A DNA stretch of 64,000 nt from Alphaproteobacteria bacterium (GCA_965202905.1 OZ241868.1:900879-964878), one strand, 5' to 3'; positions 10,375-22,004 are shown, counted from the first letter of the stretch. Numbers and translations: made by a program. The notes: generated by a model from the sequence alone, not told the origin.

Positions 10375-11349
10375 CTACCAGCGCAGCAGGCTGGCGGCCC
10401 AGGTGAAGCCGCCGCCCATCGCCTCGAGCAGGCACAGATCGCCGCGCTTGATGCGGCCGTCCTCGGCCGCCTCGGCGAGCGCGAGCGGGATCGAGGCCGC
10501 CGAGGTGTTGGCATGCCGGTCGAGCGTGAGCACGAACTTCTCCATCGGCAGCCCGAGCTTCGACGCGGTGCTGTTGAGGATGCGCAGATTGGCCTGGTGC
10601 GGGACCACCCAGTCGATGTCCTGGGCCCGCAGCCCGTTGGCGTCGAGCGCCTCGCCCACCACCGAGGCGAGGTTGGTGACCGCATGGCGGAAAACCTCGC
10701 GGCCGACCATCTTCAGGTGTCCGACGGTGCGCGTGCTCGACGGGCCGCCATCGACATAGAGCAGGTCGTGGTGGCGTCCGTCGGAGTGCAGGTGGGTCGA
10801 GATCACCCCGCGGTCGGCGGCCTCGCCGTTGCCCTCCGCGGCGCGCAGGACCACCGCGCCGGCGCCGTCGCCGAACAGGACGCAGGTCCCGCGGTCCGTC
10901 CAATCGAGGATCCGGGAGAAGGTCTCCGCGCCGATGACCAGCGCGGTTCCGGCCTGGCCGAGGCGGATGAAGTTGTCTGCGACGGTGACCGCATAGAGGA
11001 ATCCCGAGCACACGGCCTGGATGTCGAAGGCCGCGCCCCTGGTCATGCCGAGCGCGCTCTGGACCCGGGTCGCGGTCGCGGGAAAGGTCTGGTCCGGGGT
11101 CGCGGTCGCCAGGACGATCAGATCGATGTCCGAGGGCTGCATATCCGCGCGGCCGAGCGCCCGGCAGGCGGCCTCGATCGCGAGGTCCGAGGTCTTCTCG
11201 CCGTCGGCCGCGATCCGCCGCTCGTGGATGCCGGTCCGCTGGATGATCCATTCATCGGAGGTATCGACCCGTTCGGCGAGCTCGGCATTGGTGACGATGC
11301 GCTCGGGGAGATAAGCCCCGCAGCCTGCAACGATGGAACGCAACACCAT
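10375..11349 (-). CDS. fabH: 3-oxoacyl-ACP synthase III
   Basis: Full-length KAS III: AVCSGFLYA active-site Cys region, HQANLRI, GGGFTW. Confidence 0.9.
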   Translation of the reverse strand: MVLRSIVAGCGAYLPERIVTNAELAERVDTSDEWIIQRTGIHERRIAADGEKTSDLAIEAACRALGRADMQPSDIDLIVLATATPDQTFPATATRVQSALGMTRGAAFDIQAVCSGFLYAVTVADNFIRLGQAGTALVIGAETFSRILDWTDRGTCVLFGDGAGAVVLRAAEGNGEAADRGVISTHLHSDGRHHDLLYVDGGPSSTRTVGHLKMVGREVFRHAVTNLASVVGEALDANGLRAQDIDWVVPHQANLRILNSTASKLGLPMEKFVLTLDRHANTSAASIPLALAEAAEDGRIKRGDLCLLEAMGGGFTWAASLLRW

Positions 11350-12398
11350 CAGGACGCGGCCGCGCGCGCTTCCATGGGAAGGGTCGAGCCGTTCTTGTCC
11401 AGTTCCGCGATGATCTTGTCGTTGAAGCCGTTAACCGCCATGTCGACGGCCACGCCGATGGCGTTGGCGAAGCCGAAGGCGTCCGCGCCGCCATGACTCT
11501 TGACAACGATACCGTTGAGACCAAGGAACATGGCGCCGTTGTAGCGCCGGGGATCGACGCGGGCACGCAGCTTATTGAGGCTCCGTCGTGCCAGCAGATA
11601 GCCCAGCCTGGAAGCGATCGAACTCTTGAAGGCCTTGCGCAGGAAATCAGAATAAAGCCTTATGGAACCTTCAATTGTCTTGACCGCGATATTGCCGGAA
11701 AACCCATCGGAGACGATCACGTCGACGGTGCCCTTGGCGATGTCGTCGCCCTCGACGAATCCATGGAAGCGGAACCCGCCGACCCGATCGCGCAGCCGCG
11801 CCGCGGCCTGGCGGACGGCCTCGTGGCCCTTCGCCTCCTCGGTGCCGACGTTCAGCAGTCCAACGCTCGGATCATGCCGGCCGAGCACGGTGCGGGCGAA
11901 CTCCGCGCCCATGATCGAGAACTCGATCAGGTTGTCCGCGTCGCACTCGACGTTCGCGCCCAGATCCAGCATCACCGATTCGCTGCGCTGGCTGGGGAAG
12001 ACCGCCGCCATGGCCGGCCGGTCGATGCCGGGCAGGGTCTTGAGCGTGACCTTGGCCATCGCCATCAGCGCGCCGGTGTTGCCGGCCGAGACCACACCGG
12101 CCGCCGCGCAGTCGCGGACGGCATCGATCGCAAGCCGCATACTCGACCGCTTGCCCTGGCGCAGCGCCTGGGAGGGCTTGGCGTCGGCGGTCACGACCTC
12201 TTCGGTGTGCTGAAGCGAGATCACGCTGCGCAGCTTCGGCATACGCTTCAGCAAGGGCGCAATTTTGCGCTCGTCGCCGAACAAGCCGAACCGGACGCCG
12301 GGATAGCGGCGCCGGGCGATGTTGGCTCCCTTGACCACGATCCGCGGGGCATAGTCGCCCCCCATCGCGTCGAGTGCGATCGTTAGAGGCGGGCTCAA
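11349..12398 (-). CDS. plsX: Phosphate acyltransferase
   Basis: [22 protein letters not shown] motifs. Classic rpmF-plsX-fabH order. Confidence 0.9.
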   Translation of the reverse strand: MSPPLTIALDAMGGDYAPRIVVKGANIARRRYPGVRFGLFGDERKIAPLLKRMPKLRSVISLQHTEEVVTADAKPSQALRQGKRSSMRLAIDAVRDCAAAGVVSAGNTGALMAMAKVTLKTLPGIDRPAMAAVFPSQRSESVMLDLGANVECDADNLIEFSIMGAEFARTVLGRHDPSVGLLNVGTEEAKGHEAVRQAAARLRDRVGGFRFHGFVEGDDIAKGTVDVIVSDGFSGNIAVKTIEGSIRLYSDFLRKAFKSSIASRLGYLLARRSLNKLRARVDPRRYNGAMFLGLNGIVVKSHGGADAFGFANAIGVAVDMAVNGFNDKIIAELDKNGSTLPMEARAAAS

Positions 12399-12426
12399 AG
12401 CAGCGGGACCCCCGACCGCGGGCGCA

Positions 12427-12609
12427 TCAGGCGGCGCTCGCGTCCATCACCTCGCGGCCGTCATAGTGGCCGCAGGACGGGCAGACGTGATGCGGCCGCT
12501 TGTGCTCGCCGCAATTGGCGCATTCGCCGTAGGCGGCGCTCGCCAGCCGATGGTGGGACCGCCGCATGTTGCGGCGGGATTTGGACGTTTTTCTCTTGGG
12601 AACAGCCAT
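12427..12609 (-). CDS. rpmF: 50S ribosomal protein L32
   Basis: [22 protein letters not shown] ... C-x2-C ... C-x2-C zinc ribbon. The track ORF starts 26 codons too early. Confidence 0.9.
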   Translation of the reverse strand: MAVPKRKTSKSRRNMRRSHHRLASAAYGECANCGEHKRPHHVCPSCGHYDGREVMDASAA

Positions 12610-12696
12610 GACGACCGTCTCCATTCCATAATGTCTCGAAAGGGCGGCGCGGATAACTACCGGACTCGACAGCGACCGGCAACCCAAAGCGGAAGT

Positions 12697-13224
12697 CTAG
12701 TCCTTTCGCCATAGCCCCGCCAGCGCACGGAACGCGGTATCCGGCCTTTCTTCGCGAATCGAGCCGTATTCGGCGTTCTCCGGTGCGGCGGCGGCGGAGT
12801 CCTGCCGGGGATAGGGGTCGAGCAGCAGCGAGAACTCCCCGGCCACGATCTCGCCGATGTCGAACGTGCCGTCGGGCAGCGGCTCGAACTCGTCATCGAC
12901 CGAGATCTCGGCCGTTCCGTCGGCGTCCATTGCCTGTGCGGCGGGGCCGAAGCGGAGCGCGACCCGGTCTTCGATATGGCCGGCCACCGGCTCCAGCGTC
13001 AGAATGCAGATCTGAACGATGTCTGCCAGGATATCGGCGCTGAACATCACCTCCGACCGTCCGATTCGTTTGAGCCTGACCCGCGCGGCAAGCCTTTCGA
13101 TCGCCTCCAGGCCGAAGCGCGCAGCGAGCGCCCCGCGTTCGGCCTCGGTGGCCTCGATATCGAAGACCGCCGCATGTGCGGACAGGTCGTCGGGGTCAAC
13201 GATGCGTGAGAATTCCGCGTGCAT
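12697..13224 (-). CDS. yceD: YceD/DUF177 family protein (large-subunit ribosomal assembly factor)
   Basis: Acidic DUF177-type protein immediately upstream of rpmF, the conserved arrangement. Confidence 0.65.
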   Translation of the reverse strand: MHAEFSRIVDPDDLSAHAAVFDIEATEAERGALAARFGLEAIERLAARVRLKRIGRSEVMFSADILADIVQICILTLEPVAGHIEDRVALRFGPAAQAMDADGTAEISVDDEFEPLPDGTFDIGEIVAGEFSLLLDPYPRQDSAAAAPENAEYGSIREERPDTAFRALAGLWRKD

Positions 13225-13240
13225 GCGAACCGCCGTTCCC

Positions 13241-13792
13241 TCAGCCGACGCCGGACCGGCCGACCGGCGGCGCGAAATCGATGTCCCCATCCATCAGCCG
13301 TTCCAGCGGCTGCGCATCGACGAAATCGATCTGGCCCCGTAGATAGCGGCCCATCGCTGCGATGCAAGCCGGATCCGCCGAAGCCGTACCGTAGAGATTG
13401 CGCCCCAGCACCGCGTGCAGCGCGGAATCGTCTTCGGCCAGCCCCGACTCGTAGGCGCCGATCCGACCGTAGAACGCGCTGGCCATCGCCTTGACACGCC
13501 GGCCGACGCCGAGATCGCCGGCCCCCATCTCACGCAGGCTCCGGTCCATGTCCTCGAACATCCGATCGAACAGCGCCTGCGCCAGGTCCTTGGTCCGGTC
13601 GCGATCGAATTTGAGCCGGCGCAGGATCACGAAGGCGTGCAGCGCGATCAGTTCGAACCGGCCGTCGAGCGTGTCCGGGACCCCGGCCTGGGCGTAGAAC
13701 TCCGGCTGACGCGCCTGAACGACTACAGCGTCGTAGAGCCGTTCCGCGGGGGCGGACGGCGGAGCGCCGCGAAACAGGCCCGGCAATCTCAT
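13241..13792 (-). CDS. Ubiquinol-cytochrome c chaperone (CBP3-like) family protein
   Basis: ERLYDAVVVQARQPEFY ... DGRFELIALHAFVILRRL is characteristic of the bacterial Ubiq_cyt_C_chap family. Conserved neighbour of bamE and yceD. Confidence 0.65.
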   Translation of the reverse strand: MRLPGLFRGAPPSAPAERLYDAVVVQARQPEFYAQAGVPDTLDGRFELIALHAFVILRRLKFDRDRTKDLAQALFDRMFEDMDRSLREMGAGDLGVGRRVKAMASAFYGRIGAYESGLAEDDSALHAVLGRNLYGTASADPACIAAMGRYLRGQIDFVDAQPLERLMDGDIDFAPPVGRSGVG

Positions 13793-13886
13793 CGGTGGAA
13801 ACGCCCCCTGCCCGTGCGCTCCGGTACCGCCGGACGGAATTCCGGGTTAGAATGGCGCATCGGGTCGAACAGCATATTGAGACCGC

Positions 13887-14387
13887 GTGAGTGAAACGAA
13901 GACGATGAGAGTCCTCCCTTCGACCTTTTTGGCACGCGCTTCCGCGCTGTTGCTTGCGGTCGCCGTCTGCGGGTGCGCGCCGCAGCGGGACAACAACGGC
14001 AACATCCCACTGCCGGAAGTCGTCGAGGCAATCGAGCCGGGCAAGCATACCCGTGCGCAGATCGCCACGATGCTGGGCAGCCCGTCCACCCAATCGACCT
14101 TCCAGCAGGACCAGATCTGGTATTACATGGGCAAGCGCACCGAATCGCTGGCCTTTTTTACCCCGAAAGTGCTCGAACACAAGGTGGTCGAAATCCGCTT
14201 CGACAGCCAGGGCATCGTCAAGGAGGTCGAGCAGCACGACGCGACGACGGCAGAGAAAATTCTGCTCGTCGAGCGAACCACGCCGACCAAGGGCAATGAG
14301 TTGACCTTCATCGACCAGTTGGTCGGCAATCTGGGACGATTCAACCCGGCTGGCGGAGGCGGCAGCGACAGCCCGGGCGATCTCTGA
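13887..14387 (+). CDS. bamE: Outer membrane protein assembly factor BamE (SmpA/OmlA lipoprotein)
   Basis: Signal peptide plus Cys, GMTKAQI-like (HTRAQIATMLGSPS), QIWYYMG motif. Start may be the internal MRVLPS at 13905. Confidence 0.75.
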   Translation: MSETKTMRVLPSTFLARASALLLAVAVCGCAPQRDNNGNIPLPEVVEAIEPGKHTRAQIATMLGSPSTQSTFQQDQIWYYMGKRTESLAFFTPKVLEHKVVEIRFDSQGIVKEVEQHDATTAEKILLVERTTPTKGNELTFIDQLVGNLGRFNPAGGGGSDSPGDL

Positions 14388-14451
14388 TGGCCCCTCCCCC
14401 GCGGCCCGGGCGGACGATCTGCGATAGCCAGAGCGTCCGCCCGGCGCTCCG

Positions 14452-16560
14452 TCAGGCCGCGAGCACCGCGAGCAGCAGGATCGCCACGATGTTGATGATC
14501 TTGATCATCGGGTTCACCGCAGGACCCGCGGTGTCCTTGTAGGGATCGCCGACGGTATCGCCGGTTACCGCGGCCATGTGCGCATCGGAGCCTTTGCCGC
14601 CGTGATTGCCGTCCTCGATGTATTTCTTGGCGTTGTCCCAGGCTCCGCCACCGGAGGTCATGGACAGGGCGACGAAGATGCCGGTGACGATGGCGCCCAG
14701 CAGCATGGCGCCGACCGTGGTGAACCCAGCCTCCCGGCCGCCGACGGCGTACATGACGAAATAGACCACGATCGGCGCCAGAACCGGCAGCATCGAGGGC
14801 ACGATCATCTCGCGGATCGCGGCCCGGGTCAGCAGATCGACCGCACGGCCGTACTCGGGCCGGCTGGTGCCTTCCATGATCCCCGGGATCTCGCGGAACT
14901 GGCGCCGGACCTCGATCACCACGGCGCCGCCGGCCCGGCCGACGGCCATCATGCCCATCGCGCCGAACAGGTAGGGCAAGAGCCCGCCGATGAACAGCCC
15001 GATGACTACGAAGGGATCGGATAGCCGGAAGGTCAACTTCCCGGCGATATCGGGGAAGTAATAGCTCAGGTCCTGGGTATAGGCGGCGAACAGAACCAGC
15101 GCGGCGAGCCCGGCCGAGCCGATGGCATAGCCCTTGGTGACCGCCTTGGTCGTGTTGCCCACAGCATCCAGAAGGTCGGTATGCTTGCGGACATCCTCGG
15201 GCAGGTCGGCCATCTCGGCGATGCCGCCGGCGTTGTCGGTCACCGGCCCATAGGCATCGAGCGCCACCACCATGCCGGCGAGCGCCAGCATGGTGGTGGC
15301 TGCGACCGCGATACCGTAGAGCCCGGCCGCGAAATAGGCGACGATGATTCCGGCGCAGATCACGATCACCGGAAGCGCGGTGGCCTCGAGCGAGACCGCG
15401 AGGCCCTGGATCACGTTCGTCGCGTGCCCGGTCTCCGAGGCCTTGGCAACGCTGCGGACCGGCCGGTACTCCGTCGAGGTGTAGTATTCGGTGATCCAGA
15501 CCATCAGCCCGGTGACCACCAGGCCCACCAAGCCGCAGTAAAGCAAATCGAGCGGCGCAATCGTGCCGTCGCCGAGCGGGATCTCGGCGGTGAAGCTGCC
15601 GAACAGGAGATAGATCGCAAGTGCGATCAGGATGGCGGAGATCACGGCGCTGGCCACGAAGCCCTTATAGAGCGCGGCCATGACGTTGTTGTTCGGGCCG
15701 AGCCGGACGAAGAACGTCCCGATCACCGAGCCGATGATGCAAACCGCACCGATCGTCAGCGGCAGCGCCATCATCGATTCCTGGATCGGGCCGGTGAAGA
15801 AGATCGCGCCCAACAGCATCGTCGCGACGACGGTCACGGCGTAGGTCTCGAACAAATCGGCCGCCATCCCGGCGCAGTCACCGACATTATCGCCCACGTT
15901 GTCGGCGATCACGCCCGCATTGCGCGGATCGTCCTCGGGGATACCCGCCTCGATCTTGCCGACGAGATCCGCGCCGACATCCGCACCCTTGGTGAAAATG
16001 CCGCCGCCCAGCCGGGCGAAGATCGAAATCAGCGAAGCGCCGAAGCCGAGCGCGACCAGGGCCTCGAGGATATGGCGAAGCCCGGCCGGATCCGCCGGGT
16101 CGAAGATGCCGCGCAGGATCACATAGTAGACCACCACGCCCAGCAGCCCCAGCCCGACCACCAGCATGCCGGTGACCGCGCCGGACTTGAAGGCGATGTC
16201 GAGCGCCGGCTTCACCCCGCCGGTGCGCGCGGCGTTGGCGGTGCGCACGTTGGCCCGCACCGAGACGTTCATGCCGATATAGCCGGCGACCCCGGACAGG
16301 ATCGATCCGATGAAGAACCCGATGGCGACATAGATGTTGAGCAACAGGCCCAGGATCACGCCGACGACGATGCCGACGATGCCGATCGCGGTGTACTGGC
16401 GGTTCAGATAGGCTCCCGCACCTTCCTGAATCGCCGCGGCGATTTCGATCATTCGGTCCGTGCCGGGGCTCGCCGCCAGAATCGAACGGACGGCGTAGAG
16501 CCCGTACAAGATCGCAAGGGCGCCGCACGCGGCGACGATCCAATAGGTGGTGACCATCAT
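14452..16560 (-). CDS. hppA: Membrane-bound proton-translocating pyrophosphatase
   Basis: 702 aa, 15-16 TM helices. [36 protein letters not shown] and [14 protein letters not shown] signature motifs. Confidence 0.92.
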   Translation of the reverse strand: MMVTTYWIVAACGALAILYGLYAVRSILAASPGTDRMIEIAAAIQEGAGAYLNRQYTAIGIVGIVVGVILGLLLNIYVAIGFFIGSILSGVAGYIGMNVSVRANVRTANAARTGGVKPALDIAFKSGAVTGMLVVGLGLLGVVVYYVILRGIFDPADPAGLRHILEALVALGFGASLISIFARLGGGIFTKGADVGADLVGKIEAGIPEDDPRNAGVIADNVGDNVGDCAGMAADLFETYAVTVVATMLLGAIFFTGPIQESMMALPLTIGAVCIIGSVIGTFFVRLGPNNNVMAALYKGFVASAVISAILIALAIYLLFGSFTAEIPLGDGTIAPLDLLYCGLVGLVVTGLMVWITEYYTSTEYRPVRSVAKASETGHATNVIQGLAVSLEATALPVIVICAGIIVAYFAAGLYGIAVAATTMLALAGMVVALDAYGPVTDNAGGIAEMADLPEDVRKHTDLLDAVGNTTKAVTKGYAIGSAGLAALVLFAAYTQDLSYYFPDIAGKLTFRLSDPFVVIGLFIGGLLPYLFGAMGMMAVGRAGGAVVIEVRRQFREIPGIMEGTSRPEYGRAVDLLTRAAIREMIVPSMLPVLAPIVVYFVMYAVGGREAGFTTVGAMLLGAIVTGIFVALSMTSGGGAWDNAKKYIEDGNHGGKGSDAHMAAVTGDTVGDPYKDTAGPAVNPMIKIINIVAILLLAVLAA

Positions 16561-16733
16561 CGTCGAATAGCCTCTGTTCTGGTCGGATGCATGGCCGGTT
16601 CAGGATGCACGCGGCACGACGGATCCGGGGACTTTCTGGTGAGAGGGCACGTCTGTCGGAAATGCGCGCGGAAAATGCCAGAACTCGCCGGGCAAGGCAA
16701 CAACTCCGGCCTCACCGGCGGCCCCCGCACGGT

Positions 16734-17933
16734 CTATGCGGTACGGCCCTGCCGCGCCTGATCGAGCTTGAGCCAAAGGATCGCGCACAGGATCAGCACG
16801 ATCAGCGGGACGACGACCAGGTTGACGATGGCCCAGCCGTAGAGGTGGAGTGTGGCGCCGGAGAACACCCCGCCGATCGCGACCGAACCCCAGATGCAGA
16901 AATCGTTGAAGCCCTGGGTCTTGGCCATTTCCGAGGGCCGATAGCATTCGGTCAGCAGAGTCGTGCCGCCGATGAACAGGAAGTTCCAGCCGACGCCGAC
17001 GATGATCAGCGCGACCAGGAAGTTGAGAAATTCGATCCCGGCGAGGTTGATGGCAACGCACAGCGCGAGCAGCGAGGCGCCGGCAATCATGATGTTGGCG
17101 GCGCCGTAGCGCGCGATCAGGTGGCCGGTGAAGAAGGACGGCAGGAACATGCCGACGATGTGCGCCTGGATCACCATCGCCGAGTCGCCGAAACCGAACC
17201 CGCAATCGACCATAGCGAGCGGCGTGACGGTCATCAGGAAGGACATCACGACATAGCCCGACACCGCGCCGATGATCGCGACCAGGCATTTGGTCTGCGA
17301 CAGGATCTCCAGTAACGGCCGCTGCGGGCCGCTGCGGTCGGCCTGGCTCATCGGCGGGATGCTCAAGCGAGATGTCACCAGGCCGATCGCGACGAACAAG
17401 GCAACGACGGCGGCGAAGGTGCCAGCATAAATGATCGGATCGAATATGTCCTTGGTCAGGCGCGCCATGTTCGGACCGGTCACCCCGGCCACCACCCCGC
17501 CGGCCAGCACCAGCGAGATCGCCCGGCCGCGCATCGACGGATTGGCCGAATCGGCGGCGGCGAAGCGGAAGAACTGAGCGAAGGAGTTGAACGAGCCGAT
17601 CAGCCCGGCGCCGGCGGCGAAGAGCCAGAACGAGCCGAGGAAGATCGCCGCCGTCGCGATCACCCCACCGAGCGCGCCAATCGCGGCCCCGGTCACGAAG
17701 CCGAGCCTGCGGCCGACCCGGCGCATGTAGAACGAGGCCGGAATCGCGGTGGCCATCGTGGCGGCAAACTGGATGGCCACCGGGATGGTCGCATAGGCCT
17801 TGTCCTCGGCCAGCATGTACCCAGTCAGCGCCGCCGCGGCGATAATGGCCGAGGTGGTTGTCATGAACAGTGCCTGGCACAGGGCCAGCAGCGCGACGTT
17901 CCGATTTATACCGGCGATGTAAGACACCGGCAC
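16734..17933 (-). CDS. MFS transporter
   Basis: 399 aa, 12 predicted TM helices, MFS-type loop motifs. Confidence 0.7.
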   Translation of the reverse strand: MPVSYIAGINRNVALLALCQALFMTTTSAIIAAAALTGYMLAEDKAYATIPVAIQFAATMATAIPASFYMRRVGRRLGFVTGAAIGALGGVIATAAIFLGSFWLFAAGAGLIGSFNSFAQFFRFAAADSANPSMRGRAISLVLAGGVVAGVTGPNMARLTKDIFDPIIYAGTFAAVVALFVAIGLVTSRLSIPPMSQADRSGPQRPLLEILSQTKCLVAIIGAVSGYVVMSFLMTVTPLAMVDCGFGFGDSAMVIQAHIVGMFLPSFFTGHLIARYGAANIMIAGASLLALCVAINLAGIEFLNFLVALIIVGVGWNFLFIGGTTLLTECYRPSEMAKTQGFNDFCIWGSVAIGGVFSGATLHLYGWAIVNLVVVPLIVLILCAILWLKLDQARQGRTA

Positions 17934-18169
17934 ACACTACGCGAGCCGTTCCGGTCAGTGAACGGTCAGGTTCACGGGGCTGCCCGGCACATGCCAGCGA
18001 TCTCGGACTGCCGGACGATCGGCGATTTCACCCGATCCTTGCCGTCCCCGATGTCCTGATACGTCTCGACGCCGGTCGCCTCGGCGCTGCCGGCGGCGCA
18101 CAGCCGGCGCCACAGACGGAAACGCTTTCCCGAGCACGCCGCAGCATGGCGTAAATGCTCCAGCGCCGC

Positions 18170-19159
18170 TTAATCTCCCGGTGAGCGGGCGAAATGGCGG
18201 TAGCCGGTCCGCCGCAGAGCGAGCGGCGCGCCGCCCTCGCCCAGCACCGTCACGCCGTTGCCCGCCGTGACATGGCCGATGTGTGCCAACGGAACCGCGA
18301 GCTCCTCGGCCAACGTCCGGACCACGCCGGCGCCATCCGGCGGGACGGTGAAGACCAGCTCGTAGTCATCGCCGCCGGTGAGGATGAGGTCCGCCGCGCC
18401 GGCGCCCTTGGCCGCCGGCGACTGCGGAACCGCGGCGGCCTCGATCTCCGCACCGACGCCCGAAGCGCTGCAGATATGGCCGAGGTCCGCGACCAGCCCG
18501 TCCGAGACGTCGGCCGCGGCCGTCGCCAGCCCGCGCAGCCGCGCGCCCAACTCGAGCCGGGGCTGCGGCAGCCGGTAGCGGTCGATCAAGCAGGCGCGGT
18601 GCCGGTCCTCTGCGTCGGCGACGCCGTTGAGGATTCGCAGGCCCAGCGCCGCATCGCCGATCGTCCCAGATACGAATATGTGATCGCCGTCGCGCGCGCC
18701 CGATCGGAGGAGTGCGGTTCCCCGTTCGACATCGCCGAAGGCGGTGATAGAAAAACATGCCGGCCCCGGGGTCGCGGTGGTGTCTCCGCCCAGCAGCGAG
18801 ATCCCGAAGATCTTCTGGTCTTCGCCGAGCCCGGCGGCGAAGGAATCGGCCCAACGCGGCTCGAAATGTTCGGGCAGCGCCAAGCCCAGCAAATAGCCCC
18901 GCGGCCGCGCACCCATCGCGGCAAGGTCGGAGAGGTTCACCCGCAAAAGCTTCCTGGCCACCAGGTCGGGAAGATCGTCGGGGAGGAAATGGACTCCCGC
19001 GACCAGCATGTCGGTCGTCGCCACCAGCGTCCGGCCGGGCTCCGGCTCGATCAGGGCCGCGTCGTCGGTCAGCCCCAGCGCGCCGGCATCGCCCGCGGCG
19101 AGCGGCGCGAACAACGCCCGGATCAGCGTGAATTCATCGCGCGGCGGCCGAACCGGCAT
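18170..19159 (-). CDS. thiL: Thiamine-monophosphate kinase
   Basis: AIR-synthase-related fold (DDAALIEPEPGRTLVATTDMLVAGVHF ... GISLLGGDTT). Start at MPVRPP (ATG 19159). The track ORF to 19528 is over-extended. Confidence 0.8.
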   Translation of the reverse strand: MPVRPPRDEFTLIRALFAPLAAGDAGALGLTDDAALIEPEPGRTLVATTDMLVAGVHFLPDDLPDLVARKLLRVNLSDLAAMGARPRGYLLGLALPEHFEPRWADSFAAGLGEDQKIFGISLLGGDTTATPGPACFSITAFGDVERGTALLRSGARDGDHIFVSGTIGDAALGLRILNGVADAEDRHRACLIDRYRLPQPRLELGARLRGLATAAADVSDGLVADLGHICSASGVGAEIEAAAVPQSPAAKGAGAADLILTGGDDYELVFTVPPDGAGVVRTLAEELAVPLAHIGHVTAGNGVTVLGEGGAPLALRRTGYRHFARSPGD

Positions 19160-19673
19160 CGGCGGCGCCCTGAGAACCGGGAAACTCGCTCTCGCGCAGA
19201 CGGCGGGCCAGCCGGTCGAGCACCGCGTTGGCCATGCCGCGCTCGGCGGGCTCGAAGAAGGCGTCGGCGAGATCGACATACTCGGAAATTGCCACCCGGG
19301 CCGGCACCGCCCGTCGCGCCAGCAGCTCATAGACGCCGCCACGCAGGATGCAGCGCAACAGAAGCTCGATCCGCTCCAGAGGCCAGGTCTGCGGCAGCGC
19401 GGCGCGCAGCATGTCGTCGATCTCCTCGGATCGCGACCTGGTGCCGCGCGCGATCTCGGCAAACAGCGCCGGGTCCGGCTTGACCGGCGCTTCGTCGTCG
19501 TCGAGCACGCCGTCGCTGCGAAATTCAAGGAACTGCAGGATCACCGCATCGAGCGGCGTACCGCTGATCTCGGCCTGATAGAGTGCTTGAATGACGGCAA
19601 GGCGCGCGGCGCTCAACCTTACCGGTGGGGTTTTGGCGCTGGGCTCGGGCGCCGCCGAGCACGCCTCCGTCAT
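19134..19673 (-). CDS. nusB: Transcription antitermination factor NusB
   Basis: ARLAVIQALYQAE ... ERIELLLRCILRGGVYEL is a NusB signature. ATG 19673 overlaps the ribH stop (ATGA). A longer N-terminus to 19721 is possible. Confidence 0.8.
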   Translation of the reverse strand: MTEACSAAPEPSAKTPPVRLSAARLAVIQALYQAEISGTPLDAVILQFLEFRSDGVLDDDEAPVKPDPALFAEIARGTRSRSEEIDDMLRAALPQTWPLERIELLLRCILRGGVYELLARRAVPARVAISEYVDLADAFFEPAERGMANAVLDRLARRLRESEFPGSQGAADAGSAAAR

Positions 19674-20134
19674 CACCCGTCCAGCCCGAAGCGTCGTTTC
19701 AGGCCGATCATCGCCAGACATGCCCGGGCGGCCGCGCCGCCGCGATCCTGCTCCCGCCGCCGCGCGCGGGCCATCGCCTGATCGCCGTTCTCGCAGGTCA
19801 GGATGCCGTAACCGATCGCGAGACCGTGGACCAGCGCGAGATCCTGAAGGCCGCGCGCGCTCTCCTGGCAGACATAGTCGTAATGGGTCGTCTCGCCCCG
19901 GATCACGCAGCCCAATCCGATGAACCCGTCGAAGCGATGCGCCGCCTCGGGCCTTTGCATCGCCTCGGCGGCAAAGCGGATGGCGCCCGGTATCTCGAAG
20001 GCCCCCGGCACCACGAAGCGTTCGTAGCTTGCGCCGGCCTCCTCGAGGACCGCAGTTGCGCCGGCGACCAGTTCGTCGGCGATCGCCTCGTAGAACCGCG
20101 CCTCGACGATCATGACATGCGGGGAACCGGCCAT
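19673..20134 (-). CDS. ribH: 6,7-dimethyl-8-ribityllumazine synthase
   Basis: IVEARFYEAIADELVAGA ... VPGAFEIP ... GLGCVIRGETTHYDYV. Confidence 0.9.
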   Translation of the reverse strand: MAGSPHVMIVEARFYEAIADELVAGATAVLEEAGASYERFVVPGAFEIPGAIRFAAEAMQRPEAAHRFDGFIGLGCVIRGETTHYDYVCQESARGLQDLALVHGLAIGYGILTCENGDQAMARARRREQDRGGAAARACLAMIGLKRRFGLDG

Positions 20135-20142
20135 GACTGCTG

Positions 20143-21369
20143 CTACCCGTGCTCGGCCGCGACGGGGCGCCGTTCGACGATTCGAAGACCGTAGGCCTCC
20201 AGCCCGACGACCGCGCGCGGATGGTTCGTCAAGAGGATCATGTCGTGGACCCCGAGGTCGCGCAGGATTTGTGCGCCGACACCGTAATCCCTCAGCGCCG
20301 GCGGGCTGAAGGCGCGCTCGCCACCGGTGGTCACGCTGACCTCGAACGACGCCGCGCCGGGATCGTCGGGCAGTTCGTGGCGCTGGCGCACCTGATTGGC
20401 GAAGCTTTGCGCGTAGGAATCGCGGATCATCACCACGATCCCGCGGCCGGCCTCGCCGATCGCCCGGATGCAGGATTCCATCTCGTCGCCGCGCCCGCTG
20501 GTCTGATCGTGCAACACGTCGTCGAGCACGTTGATCGCGTGCATCCGAACCATCAGCGGATCCGACCCGGCGATGTCGCCCTTGATGAGCGCCAGGTGCT
20601 CGGCCCCGGTGATCCTGTTCACGTAGACGATCAATCGGAACTCGCCGCCATTGCGCCGCCTCACGCGGGTTTCCAGCATACGCTCGACCAAAGTGTCGTT
20701 GCGCAGCCGGTACGCGATCAGGGCTTCGATGGTGGCGATCTTGAGGCCGTGGTACTGGGCGAAGCTCACCAAATCCGGCAGCCGGGCCATGGTGCCGTCG
20801 TCCTTCATGATCTCGCAGATCACGCCCGAAGGGTTCAGACCGGCGAGCCGGGCGATGTCGACCGAGGCCTCGGTGTGGCCGGCGCGCTCGAGCACGCCGC
20901 CGTCGCACGCGACTAACGGAAAGACATGGCCGGGCGTGACGATGTCATCGGCGCCCTTGGTCGGATCGATCGCGACCGCGATGGTACGGGCGCGGTCGGG
21001 CGCGGAGATTCCCGTCGTCACCCCGTCGCGCGCCTCGATCGAGACGGTGAAGGCGGTCTGATGACGGGTCCGGTTCTGCTGGGACATCAGCGGCAGGCCA
21101 ATGGCCTCGACCCGCGGCCGGGCCATCGCCAGACAGATCAGCCCGCGCCCGTGCGTGGCCATGAAGTTGACCACCTCCGGCGTCGCCATCTGAGCCGCGA
21201 CGACCAAATCGCCCTCGTTCTCGCGGTTCTCGTCATCGACCAGAATGACGGCCCGGCCGTTTCGGATGTCCTCGATCGCCTCCTCGATCGAGGACAGATA
21301 GCCGGAGGCGTGCTCGACGGCCGCCTGGCCGATACCGGATTTCGATACGCGTTTGAGCTCATCACCCAC
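20143..21369 (-). CDS. ribB: RibBA-type protein: intact DHBP synthase domain fused to a degenerate (Cys-less) GTP cyclohydrolase II domain
   Basis: The N-terminal half has the RibB motifs ([35 protein letters not shown]). The C-terminal half aligns to GCH-II but lacks the CX2GX...CXC zinc ligands ([22 protein letters not shown] in place of HSECLTGD...C.CG). Confidence 0.85.
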   Translation of the reverse strand: MGDELKRVSKSGIGQAAVEHASGYLSSIEEAIEDIRNGRAVILVDDENRENEGDLVVAAQMATPEVVNFMATHGRGLICLAMARPRVEAIGLPLMSQQNRTRHQTAFTVSIEARDGVTTGISAPDRARTIAVAIDPTKGADDIVTPGHVFPLVACDGGVLERAGHTEASVDIARLAGLNPSGVICEIMKDDGTMARLPDLVSFAQYHGLKIATIEALIAYRLRNDTLVERMLETRVRRRNGGEFRLIVYVNRITGAEHLALIKGDIAGSDPLMVRMHAINVLDDVLHDQTSGRGDEMESCIRAIGEAGRGIVVMIRDSYAQSFANQVRQRHELPDDPGAASFEVSVTTGGERAFSPPALRDYGVGAQILRDLGVHDMILLTNHPRAVVGLEAYGLRIVERRPVAAEHG

Positions 21370-21393
21370 GCGGGAACCCCTTCCCTCGATGTC

Positions 21394-21981
21394 TCAACCG
21401 CGGTCTACCAGCCTGGCGACATAGCGCGCGATGGTATCGACCTCGAAATTTACCCGGTCGCCGGCGCCGAGCCGTCCGAATGTCGTGCAGGCGCGCGTGT
21501 GGCTGATAATGTTCGCCCCGAACCGCCGTCCGTCGACCTCGTTGACGGTGAGCGACACGCCATCCAGGGCGATCGAGCCCTTCGGCGCGACATAGGCGCG
21601 GTAGCCTTCCGGCGCCTCGAAGGTGAACCTGACACTATACCCCTCGGGATCGGTGTCAAGTATCCGGGCGGTGCCGTCGACATGGCCGGAGACGATATGC
21701 CCGCCGAGCTCGTCGCCGATCCTGAGTGCGCGCTCCAGGTTGACCGAAGAGCCGACCTGCCAGTCGCCCAGCGTGGTCTTGCTCATGGTCTCGGCGGACG
21801 CTTCGACCGCGAACCAGCCCGGCCCGCGGTCGACCACCGTCAGACAGGGACCCGAACAGGCGATCGAGGCGCCGATGTCGATTTCGGCGGTGTCATAGGC
21901 GGTTTCGATCTCGACGCGGGTGTCGCCGCGCTTTTCGATAGCGCGAACCAGACCCAGATCGGTCACGATACCGGTGAACAT
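21394..21981 (-). CDS. ribE: Riboflavin synthase alpha chain
   Basis: MFTGIV ... two lumazine-binding repeats (ACSGPCLTV / GHVDG). Confidence 0.9.
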   Translation of the reverse strand: MFTGIVTDLGLVRAIEKRGDTRVEIETAYDTAEIDIGASIACSGPCLTVVDRGPGWFAVEASAETMSKTTLGDWQVGSSVNLERALRIGDELGGHIVSGHVDGTARILDTDPEGYSVRFTFEAPEGYRAYVAPKGSIALDGVSLTVNEVDGRRFGANIISHTRACTTFGRLGAGDRVNFEVDTIARYVARLVDRG

Positions 21982-22004
21982 TCTGCCTCTCGACGGGCTC
22001 GGCG

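Noticed and set aside
15181-17937. Long ORFs antisense to hppA and the MFS transporter (15181..16761 +, 15887..16543 -, 16600..17937 -)
   Set aside because: Low-complexity R/G/D-rich translations overlapping high-confidence membrane protein genes. GC-driven open frames.
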